A stretch of DNA of 64,000 bases from Phallusia mammillata. Its lineage: Eukaryota. A program made the position numbers and the translations under genes. The stretch spans positions 19,530,001 through 19,594,000 of the forward strand of contig OZ281501.1 in NCBI GenBank assembly GCA_965637545.1, read 5' to 3'. Positions within the stretch are counted from its first letter, which is position 1, and the number at the start of each line of letters is the position of its first letter. Shown here piece by piece: positions 51,166 to 62,155 of the stretch. The notes below the pieces were generated by a model. The model made no database searches and was not told where the DNA came from. It saw only the letters and a list, made by a program, of their open reading frames with translations.

Positions 51166-53635
51166 TTACAACGAGAAGAATCGTTGCAAGGAATATCCGA
51201 TGAGTGCAGGGAGAGACATCATCAGCAAACTCTGCAATGGCATCACAGACCCGTTGCCTGCAAACAAAACTTTGTTTAAATACTTGGCCAAGTGGGTTTC
51301 GTTTTTGTTGAAGCATTAAACTTTTGTAAAGTGCGACTGTGGCGGTTGGACACGTCCCAGGTGCGAAGTAATCACGAGTAACATATTCAGGTGCAATCAA
51401 TAAAAGCAGAGTTTGATCGCTAATACTTGTGCGTACGGATCGAAAACCCAAATAGTTAAACTTTATTACAAACCTTATTTCTGAACAGTGGCGTTTTAAA
51501 TTCTTACTGCCTAGTTGAGACACCGGTTTGTTTTATCGTAACACGCACCTTGGTTACAACCATGTCCGGTGCAGGTTCTGTTGCACACTTTGTAATCGAC
51601 CCCGTCAACAGTAGTCTCGTCGCAGCTGTTGACCTGGTCGAAGAAAGAGCATCCTCTGACGACTTCTCTGCTGAAACCTTCTCTGTCTTCACCTAGACCA
51701 AGAAAGTTTGGGTCAGAAACGTCACTTTTAACTTTCACTGACAAGTTTGCTTACCGGTTTCCCTGACGAAGCAATATCGATGAGCAGGGCTTGAGCAGTC
51801 AACTGCAATTGATGGGTTGTTCAGGCAAACGTCGTATCCAACCACAAGTCCGTTGATGTTGAGAGTAGTTCCCCCAGTGGATGCCGCGACGGATCTTTCA
51901 GTACTGCATTGCACACATCTGCTGCGGTTGGCTGCAAAAAGATTGTCAGCAAACATTAGTATTTCCGAATTAGAAACGTTTTAACGACCGAAGTGAAACT
52001 TACGAAATCCTACGTTGCATCCGTCTTCAGTGCAGCTTTCCTCGCATGTCACTCTCAATGCGCTGCTTGTTCCAAGTGTTGCGTTAGTGCAAGAGTTCAC
52101 AGATGTTGTGGAATCACGGCATCCGCGTTCAATTGATTCAATCATAACATCGGAATCAGCTGAATAGCAATCCACAATAAAGCACAAAAAAAGTTTGATT
52201 CAAACACGAACCACGTACCTTGGTAGCGAAGATCGCCTTTTTCCTGGTAGTAGTAGATGATTCTTGAGTAGCACTGATTCGCTGCACCTTGGCAAAGTGT
52301 TCTGTCGGTTCGAGTGTTGCATGAGGAACCTCCGGTTCCTGTGCATTGTACGCACTGGAGAGCTCTATCTGTGGCCGCTACAACTCCATCAGCTGCAAAC
52401 ATTCACTTGTCAATTTCGTTGTTTTCCATATTATTGCTTGTGCTTACGTGTTCCTGTGTTGCAGTTATCGGTCTGACAAGTACTGGTGCAAGTCTGTTCA
52501 GTGTGGTCGGTGAATCTGCCGTCAGAAGGGGCGGAAAACTTGCATCTGTCTTGGAAGTTGTTGGTTGTTGTGCATCCGCGGGTTATTCGGCTCGTCACCA
52601 CGGCCCCAACTACAAGAAAGCGAAAGAACTAGTTTAAAATCGTGTTTAACGGGAACAGAACATACTTGAATTTTGCTTTTCACAGCTTCTCATTTTTGAA
52701 ATGACTTACCGGCATCGTACAGGGTAGTTCTAGTTGTTGTGCAGTAAACATTTGCAGCCGACATATTAATAGAGCAAGGTGTTCCTGCTGTTTTTGTGGC
52801 ACAAGTGCTGTCAGTTTCCTGGGAGCATTGGACGCAAGAACGACGGGTAACTGTCACTGTGTGTAGAAAGTTGGATAAATTTGTGATGATTGCAAATCTG
52901 ATGTTGATGTTTACCTGCAGTTCCACAATCAGCTCCACTCCAATCTCCCACACAAACGCACTGACCAGTGAAGTAGTTGCAATATCCGTTGTTCATGCAT
53001 GTTGATGCGCATGACATCAAGCTGTCTGTAAGTTCCAGCAATAAGTGATTTATCTTGTGTTGTTTAGTGATAATGTTGTCAGGTATCAACTTACTTGCTG
53101 TGATCGTGTTACAATTGTCAGTTGTGCAAGTGTGGTAACAAGTTGTCAGTTCAACTCCTTGGCTAAATACTGTGTTGCATTTTGGCGATGTTGGGACGGT
53201 TGTTATTGTGGTGTCAAAGTCACTTGATGCATCTTGTCTGCTTCTGTCCACAGATCACAGGTTTGCTTAACAAAATTCTGTCAATACCTGCACTTATCAA
53301 CTAACTGTATCCTCCACTTAATTTACCATCGGCGATTGTGAACGTGGTGAGACAATGTGGAGTGACGGATGATTGCAACATAGATGCTTCATTTGTCGAG
53401 TTGTCATAGCAGTGGTTGTTGTTCTGGTCTTGGTCATAGTGCATGGAATTCGAACATACTCTGCACATTCTGTCCACATTTGTTTGGCCTGGAAATAAAT
53501 TAATAAACAACAATTGAACAAAACTCCTGTAACGTGGGCATTCGTATGATTCATCTTTTGTCAAACTTAAAACTTACCATTGACAGAAACGAAGCAGGCA
53601 ACCGCCAACATCACACAAACTATCGACAACTTCAT
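51166..53635 (-). pseudogene. Array copy E: full exon set but with an in-frame TGA in exon 3 (probable null allele or pseudogene)
   Basis: Exon 3 reads ttaag|CA AAC CTG TGA TCT GTG (TGA at 53257-53255), where copy C has ttaag|GA AAC CTA AGA TCT GTG. I found no nearby AG that restores frame past the stop. Confidence 0.65.
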
Positions 53636-56602
53636 TATTATCACTTATTTAATGTTTTTTAATTAAACACAAAGTTTCCTACAACCTGAAAAACAGAACA
53701 ACAACACTTAGTGGTGGAAGGCGGATTCTTTCAAACAAAACTAAATCAGGCTCTTAGTTTTTTTTGCTATTAATCTAAAACTGCAAAACAAGTATAATTT
53801 TGACAAGTTTTGACCGTTTTCCGTCGAATCTGAAAGTAAAAATATCGGTGTCAGTAAAAACTATTTTTTTTCGCTCTGGCAGAATTAGGAATAAAAAATG
53901 TTTTACTGATTTTTTTATTGCAAGATTTTTGTCTCATGCTGGTAATAAATTTTATTTCCCTGAACGTCCAAGGGTCGTCTAATTTTCCCTGTTACAAAAA
54001 AAATTTCCTTATGTTGCTTAACAATGTGTTTATTTTATTCGATAACTGGTGTTGTTAAAATTGGTGTACACACTTTTTTGGGTTTTTTATATGTTTTTAT
54101 GACTTCTTTTGTAATATCTGCTTCAGCCAAAACTGATGGATTTAAACAGGTGACGTAATTGGTTGATTGCAAGCAGCTGCAAATTTTGTTTTTACAAATT
54201 TTTAGTTTAGTATGAACGCTGAGTAAAAACGAGCACATGTTTTGAACAGATCCGTTTAAATGCGGTTGCTTGACTTTCTTCAGGTTTGTAACACCAATAT
54301 TGTGAGGTTTGAATGCTGCCGCTGTGTATGGACAAATTGATATACGTTTACTGTTGCCATCAGTTACATGGCGTTTTGAGTTTAGATTGCTTGCCAGATT
54401 TGCATCTTTAACGTTAAGTTTTTGAATGTTTGGTGACCAAATAAAAGTTACCCTAGTGGTTTGCAAAACATGAGAGTTTTTTTCTGCGTGTTTTCTTCGC
54501 GAGTAATGTTCTGGTTTTATACGCAAACTCTCTGAAGCAAAATTTTGTTTGGGCACTTTCAGTTGAACGGTTAATTGTTAATATTATTGCTGTGGATTTC
54601 TTACTCGGGTGATTCGTTTTAAAGATCCGGGTTTTATGCGAATTTGAAAACGTTCTCGGGAAACAGAGCATCGTTAGCAGCGTCATGTCCAGACTAAACT
54701 ATGTTGTGGTGCTTAATACGGGTTGGTTTAAATATCACTTCAGCTACCCTAGCAGGTGAAACAAGGAATTTTGTGAGGTTTAAAGCTTTTTGAACTTGTT
54801 TCTACTCTATGATCTGAATGACTATTAGTTTGTGTGAGGTCATGTCTAGTATTACGGTGCGGCGAGATTTTAGTTTTGGTTTGGTTGCGCTAAAAATTAA
54901 GCGGAGCAAAAAAGGGTGTGAAGTTTCACGGATGAGTGATTACGTCACGGTTGGCATGGTAACGACTGGTAGCATTAGGGTTTTGTCATGCGGAACGTGA
55001 CGTTAAAACATTTCCAACCCGTGCACAAAGTTGCAAAGTTACACTAAAGATTTTTGCTGCAATTTATTTTTAAACTTTGAATTGACCGCTCGATACAAAT
55101 TTTGAAAAATGTGGAAATTTATTTAGCAACAGGATATTCGGTCAATATGTTTGCTCCGGCGAACGCTGTATTTTTCCCGTACAAATGTTATTGCATGTGA
55201 TTAAAACCGCTTAAAAATTTTTAGTCAACCAGTATTACTCGCATAAATGTTGACACACGCAGCCATGTTTAATTTGAAATGGCACGTAAGTTGTCAAACA
55301 GCTTTTAAAAACTTGCCGAGCCTTGATATGCAGTTTGTAACTGAAACAATAGACAATCAAAGTTGCCAAAAATGAAAACTCTCATACGATTTAATTCGAC
55401 GCATTTCGCAACTCTAGGAAATTTATCTGCGAAATATATTGAAAAGGTATAGATGCGTAAAAAGTGTTGTCGTTAGAAAACGGTGTGAAACTTGTTACAT
55501 CAGGTTTGAAGGTATACGTCGTAAATTAAAGTATGAAAACATAAAAATTATGGTAAAATGACCAAACAGTTGATGACACAAAGCGCGTCTTCCAGGAGCT
55601 TTATCTGAAAATGCTGTCAATACGAACCCAACCGATTTGAAAGTTGTAACAGAAAATCAGGTTATAAATGAAATAACTATATGTAATTCTGCTTACGAAT
55701 TAGTTTTCTGGATTATTTCATTAACATTAGATAACAAAGTTAATTTGCCGAAAAGTTACTGGACTAAACAACAAGGTATTTCGTGTTTCAGTTTTGTGGT
55801 TATCAAGGAACATGGTTGTTTTACAAAGCATGGGAACATTTTTTTTACTTTATTAAACGACGATGCATTTTGCCTTTACGTGCTGTGATAGTTTTAACCC
55901 ATTTAACCCATGCCTAAAGGGTGGCGCATGCTTTTCTCGTTGTCGTGGAAACAAGCGGCAAGTTTTCATGCAAGATGTGATTCAGGGTTTAAACCACAAA
56001 ATTGTTTGTCTAGTGTTTCTCAAAATGAGCGCAAACGCATTCATGGGGCTGTTCGCAATAATGGTCGGGCGCTGGAATAAATCTGGGCAGTTGGAACCCT
56101 AAGCAGGGACAAATGAAATTCGTTCACATATCCATTTAAACATCCAACATGAGCAACTTGGGTAAATGTATTTGTAAAATCGATTCCTACGGAAATTCGA
56201 TCTTGGTCAACCGGTGTCAGTGTATAAACCGTGGTTAAGTTTTTTTAAAGAAACTGTTTTGCAAATGGCAAGCAGTTTAGGGTAGTGATAAGGAAAACTG
56301 TTTAAAAACACTGGTTTGGTCAATAATAATTAAATGCGTGCAGTTAACGCTACAACATGCAAAATGTACAACATTGTACGCTTGTGCAATAAATATGGAA
56401 AATTTGTATTTGATGACATGCAGGTCACATTCAGAATTGAGCCAACTGTAAAAGTCAGCAATCATGCAAAGAATAGAAACTGCTTCGATAAATTTACAGT
56501 GAAGGTTTATAACCGGAGTTTAACACTACAAAATATAATCTACATCATGCAAATCACACAGTTAAAACGTCACCCAGCAAACAAACAAATTCTCTGTCCA
56601 TT

Positions 56603-59262
56603 TTACAACGAGAAGAATCGTTGCAAGGAATATCCGATGAGTGCAGGGAGAGACATCATCAGCAAACTCTGCAATGGCATCGCAGACCCGTTGCCTGCAA
56701 ACAAAACTTTGTTTAAATACTCGGGTTTCGCTTTTTAGTTGAAGCCGCAAGTCAAGTTAAGTGCGACTTAATTTGTCGAAAACGCTTGAAAGCGTAAAAT
56801 TCTTGGTATTTATTTTCTGAGGCAGTTGTTTCTTGCATTTTATATCAGGACGCTTTTTTGTCTAGTTCTTATTGATAGTGGAATTTTAAACTTTATTAAA
56901 CTTTTCACGATACAATTCTGGTGCAAAAGGCGCAGGAACTGTGACTGGTTTACACTTGTATGTTTTATTTTAACACGTACCTTGGTTGCAACCATTTCCG
57001 GTGCAAGTTCTGTTGCACATTTTGTAATCGACCCCGTCAACAGTTGTCTCATTGCAGCCGTTGCCCTGATCGAAGTAAGCGCAGCCTCTGGTGACTTCTC
57101 GAGTGAAACCTTCTCTGTCCTCACCTGAACCGAGAAAGTTGGTGTTTAGAACAGCCATTTTCAACTTTCACTGACAAGCTTGCTTACCGGTTTCTCTGAC
57201 GAAGCAATATTGTTCAGCAGGGCTATCGCAGCGTGCTGCCACTGTTGGGTTGTTGAGGCAAACGTCGTATCCAGCCACAAGTCCGTGGTAGTTGGTTAAT
57301 TCTCTTTGAGTACTGCATCGCACACATCTGCTACGGTTGGCTGGAAAAAGTTAAGATAAACATAAGATCTAAACTGGTATCAGTTTTAAAGCGTCGTTGC
57401 AGACCAGCAATCACGGCACACTTATAAATCACACGCCAGTCGCCAGGCCTATTGAACCAAACACTCAGCATTCCGTCATATGGCTAGGCGTAGGCTAGAA
57501 AAATCTGGCATGCGGTGGGATTTGAACCCATGTTCGCATCTTGCGCTCGATCAAGGCTCAGTGGCGAGCCTAAATACAAGGTCTGGACGTACAATTAAAT
57601 ATTTTTCGAACTGGAAACGTTTTGACGACGAAAGTGCAACTTACGAAATCCGACGTTGCATCCGTCATCAGTGCAGCTTTCCTCGCATGTCACTCTCAAT
57701 GCGCTGCTTGTTCCAAGTGTTACGTTAGTGCAAGAGTTCACAGATGTTGTGGAATCACGGCATCCGCGTTCAATTGATATAATCCAAACATCGGGATTAG
57801 CTGACCAACAATCCACAATAAAGCACAGAGAAAGTTTGATTCAACCACGAACCACGTACCTTGGTGGCGAAGATCGCTTTTTTCCTGGTAGTAGTAGATA
57901 GTTTTTGTGTAGCACTGATTCGCTGATTCGCGGCAAAGTTTTCTCGCGGTTGCATCAATGCATGTGTGGCCATTGCCTGTTCCTGTACATTGTACGCACT
58001 GGAGAGCTTTATCTGCGGCCGCTACAACTCCATCAGCTGCAAACATTCACTTGTCAACCTCGCTGTTTTCCATATTATTGCTTGTGCTTACGTGTTCCTA
58101 TGTTGCAGCCGTCGGTCTGACACGTGCTGGTGCAAGTCTGTTCAGTGTGGTCGGCGAATCTGGTGTCAGAAGGGGCGGAAAACTCGCATCTGTCTTGGAA
58201 GTTGTTGGTTGTTGTGCATCCGCGGGTTATTCGGCTCGTTACCACGGCCCCAGCTACAACATACGGGAATAAAAGTAATAAAGTTTTTTTGTCTGAGCTT
58301 GTCTCAACTTTTGCTTTTAATATTGCCTTACCGGCATCGTACAGGGTAGTTCTAGTTGTTGTGCAGTAAACATTTGCAGCCGGCGAGTTAATAGAGCAAG
58401 CTGTTCCTGTTGTTTTTGTGGGACAAGTGCTATCAGTTTCCTGGGAGCATTGGACGCAAGAACGACGGGTAACTGTCACTGTGTGTAGAAAGTTGGATAA
58501 ATTTGTGATGATTGCAAATATGCTGTTGATATTTACCTTCAGTGCAATTAGTTCCCATGAAATTTCCCACACAAACGCACTGACCAGTGAAGTAATTGCA
58601 ATAACCTCCGTTCATGCATGTTGATGCGCATGACAACAAGCTGTCTGCAAGTTGCAACAAGTGAATTATCTTGTGATGTTTAGTGATAATGTTGTCAGGT
58701 GTCAACTTACTTGCTGCGAGAGTGTTGCAGTTGTTAGTTGTACAAGTGTGGCGGCAGGTAGTTACTTCAACTCCGTTGCCGAATACTACTTCGCATTTCG
58801 GGGATGCTGGGACGGTGGTTATTGTCGTGTCAAAGTCACTTGCAGCATCTTCTCTGGTTCTCGTCATCATGCTCAAAACACCTAAACAGATTTATCAAAA
58901 CATGAAACTTCAAGTTCACTAACTCAATTCCTTTATTCTCACCGTCGCGGAAAATGCTCGTGGTTAAGCAATATGGAGTCATAGATGAAGTAGCAGGTGG
59001 TGGGGTTAAGTTAGTTGCGTTGTCGTAGCAATGGTTGTCGGTCTGGTCTTCGTCGTAAAAACCCGTTGTCGCGCACTCTATGCATGATCTGTCTGTTTGG
59101 CCTGAAAAAATTTCGTATTGTTAGACGACCTTGCGTCGTGTTTAACATTTCTCAGAAAACTCGGACATTTACATTATTTAACTTTTATTAAACTTAAAAC
59201 TTACCATTGACAGAAACGAAGCAGGCAACCGCCAACATCACACACACTATCGACAACTTCAT
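56603..59262 (-). CDS. Array copy F: 4xLU + EGF GPI-type surface protein
   Basis: ATG at 59262. LU1 begins RSCIECATTGFYDEDQTDNHC, LU3 has HTCIDATARKLCRESANQC, LU4 has RCVRCSTQRELTNYHGLVAGYDVC, and the tail exon is intact. Confidence 0.83.
57400..57600 (-). mobile_element. SINE-like insertion in copy F, homologous to those in D and G
   Basis: The minus strand reads catGGGTTCAAATCCcaccgcatgc, with shared flanks gtacg(t)ccagacc and ataagtgtgccgtgat. Confidence 0.4.
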
Positions 59263-62155
59263 TATTTTCACTTATTTAATGTTTTTTAATTAAACAAAAA
59301 GTTTTCTAGAACCTGAAAAACAGAACAACAACGATAGTTTGTGGTGGAAGGTGGATTCTTTCAAACAAAACTAAATCAGACAAGTTTTGACCGTTTTTCC
59401 GTCGAACCTGAAAGTAAAAATATCAGTGTCAGTAAAAAATATTTTTTTCACTCTGGCAGAATTAGGAATAAAAATTGTTTTTTACTGACTTTTATTGCAA
59501 GATTTTTGTTTCATGCTGGTAATAAATGTTATTTCCCTGAACGTCCAAGGGTCGTCTAATTTTCCCTGTTACAAAAAAAATTTCCTTATGTTGCTTAACA
59601 ACATATTTATTTTATTCGATAACTTGTGTTGTTAAAATTGGTGTGGACATTATTTGTTTTTTTATGACTTCTTTTGTAATATCTGCTCCCACCAAAACTG
59701 ATTGGATTTAAACAGATTGCGTAATTGGTTGATTGCAAGCAGCCGCAAATTTTGTTTTTACAAATTTTTAGTTTGTATGAACGCTGAGTAAAAACGAGCA
59801 CATGTTTTGAACAGATGCGTTTAAATGCGGTTGCTTGAATCCTTCAGGTTTCTAGCACCAATATTGTGAGGTTTGAATGCTGCCGCTGTGTATGGACAAA
59901 TTGGTAAACGTTTACTGTTGCTGTCAGTTAAAGGCGTTTTAAGTTAAGATTTCTCGCCAGATTTGCAGCTTTAACGGCAAGTCTTTGGATGTTTGGTGAC
60001 CAAATGAAAGCCCCCACGCCTAATGGTTTTCAAAACATGAAAGTTTTTTTCTGCGTGTTTTCTTCACGAGTAATGTTTTGGTTTTATACTCAAACTCTCT
60101 GAAGCAAAAATTTGTTTGGGCACTTTCACTTGAAAGGTTAATTGTTAATATCATTGCTGTGGATATCCTATTCGAGCGATTCGTTTTAAATATACGGGTT
60201 TTGTGCGTATTTGAAAACGTTTTCGGGAATCAGAGCATACTTAGCAGCGTCATGTCCAGACTAAACTATGTTGTGTTGCTTAATACGGATTGGTTTTAAA
60301 TATCACTACAGCTACCCTAGCAGGTGAAACAAGGAATTTTAGGAAGCTTAGAGCTTTTTGAACTTGTTCCTACCCTGTGATCGGAATGACCATTAGTTTG
60401 TGTAAGGTCGGGTTTAATAAATATATCACAGTACGGCAAGATTTTAATTTTGATTTGGTTACGCCAAAATTTAAGCAGAGTAAAAAAAGATGTGAGGTCG
60501 CCGCCGGTGTAAGTTACATGGATGAGTGATTATGTCAGGGTTGGCATGGAAACTGCCCATAGCATTAGGGTTTTGTCATGCGGAACGTCAAAACATTTTG
60601 CAGGTTATACGGAAGTTTTTGCTGCAATAAGTTTTTTTTGGAAATTTATTTAGCAACAGGATATTAAGTCAATATGTTTGCCCGGCGAATGCTATTTTCC
60701 CCGTATTATAATGCTATTGCATGTGATTAATACGCTTAAACAATTTTTAGTCAACCAATATTACTCTTATAAATGTTGGCACACGAAGCCATGTTTTTGA
60801 TTTGAAATGACACGTAAGTTGTCAAACAGCTTTTAAAAACTTGCCGAGCCTTGATATGCAGTTTGTAACTGAAACAATAGACAATCAAAGTTGCCAATAA
60901 TGAAAACTCTCATACGATTTAATTTGACGCATTTCGCAACTCTAGGAAATTTATCTGCGAAATATATTGAAAAGGTATAGATGCGTAAAAAATGTTGTCG
61001 TTAGAAAACGGTGTGAAACTTGTTACATCAGGTTTGAAGGTACGTCGTAAATTAAAGTATGAAAACATAAAAATTATGGTAAAATGACCAAATAGTTGAC
61101 GACACAAAGCGCGTCTTCACGGAGCTTTATCTGAAAATGCTGTCAATACGAACCCAACCGGTTTGAAAGTTGTAACAAAAAATCAGGTTATAAATGACAT
61201 TATGTAATTCTGCTATATGTAATGTGTAAACTATATGTAATTCTGGTTACAAATTAGTTTTCTGGATTATTTCATTAACATTAGAATACAAAGTTAATTT
61301 GCCGAAAAGTTACTGGACTAAACAACAAGGTATTTCGTGTTTCAGTTTTGTGGTTATCAAGGAACATGGTTGTTTTACAAAGCATGGCAACATTTTTTTT
61401 ACTTTATTAAACAAATTTGCATTTTTTCGCTACATTCTGTGATAATTTAACCCAATTAACTCATGCCTAAAGGGCGACACATGCTTTTCTCGTTTTCGTG
61501 GAAACAAGCAGGAAGTTTTCATGCAAGATGTGATTCAGGGTTTAAACCGCAAAATTGTTTGTCCAGTGTTTCTCAAAATCAGCTCCAACGCATTCATGGG
61601 GCTGTTTGCAATAATGGTCGGGCGCTGGAATAAATCTGGGCAGTTGGAACCCCAAGCAGGGACAAATGAAATTCGTTCACATATTCATTTAAACTTCCAA
61701 CATGAGCAATTTGGTTACATGTTTTTGTAAAATCGATTCCAACTAAAATGCGAACTTGGTCAATCGGTGTCAGTGTATAAACCGTGGTTAAGTTTTTTTA
61801 AAGAAACTGTTTTGCAAATGGCAAGCAGTTTAGGGGAGTGATAAGGAAAACTGTTTAAAAACACTGGTTTGGTCAATAATAATTAAATGCGTGCAGTTAA
61901 CGCTACAACATGCGAAATGTACAACATTGTACGCTTGTGCAATAAATATGGAAAATTTGTATTTGATGACATGCAGATGATATTCAGAATCGAGCCAACT
62001 GTAAAAGTCAGCAATCATGCAAAGAATAGAAACTGCTTCGATAAATTTACAGTAAAGGTTTATAACCGGAGTTTAACACTACATAGTATAATTTACATCA
62101 TGTAAATCACACAGTTAAAACGTCACCTAGCAAACAAACAAATTCTCTGTCCATT

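Noticed and set aside
53255-53257. Selenocysteine or read-through reading of the copy E TGA
   Set aside because: The TGA aligns with Arg/Ser/Val in the paralogues, not Cys, and I saw no SECIS-like element.
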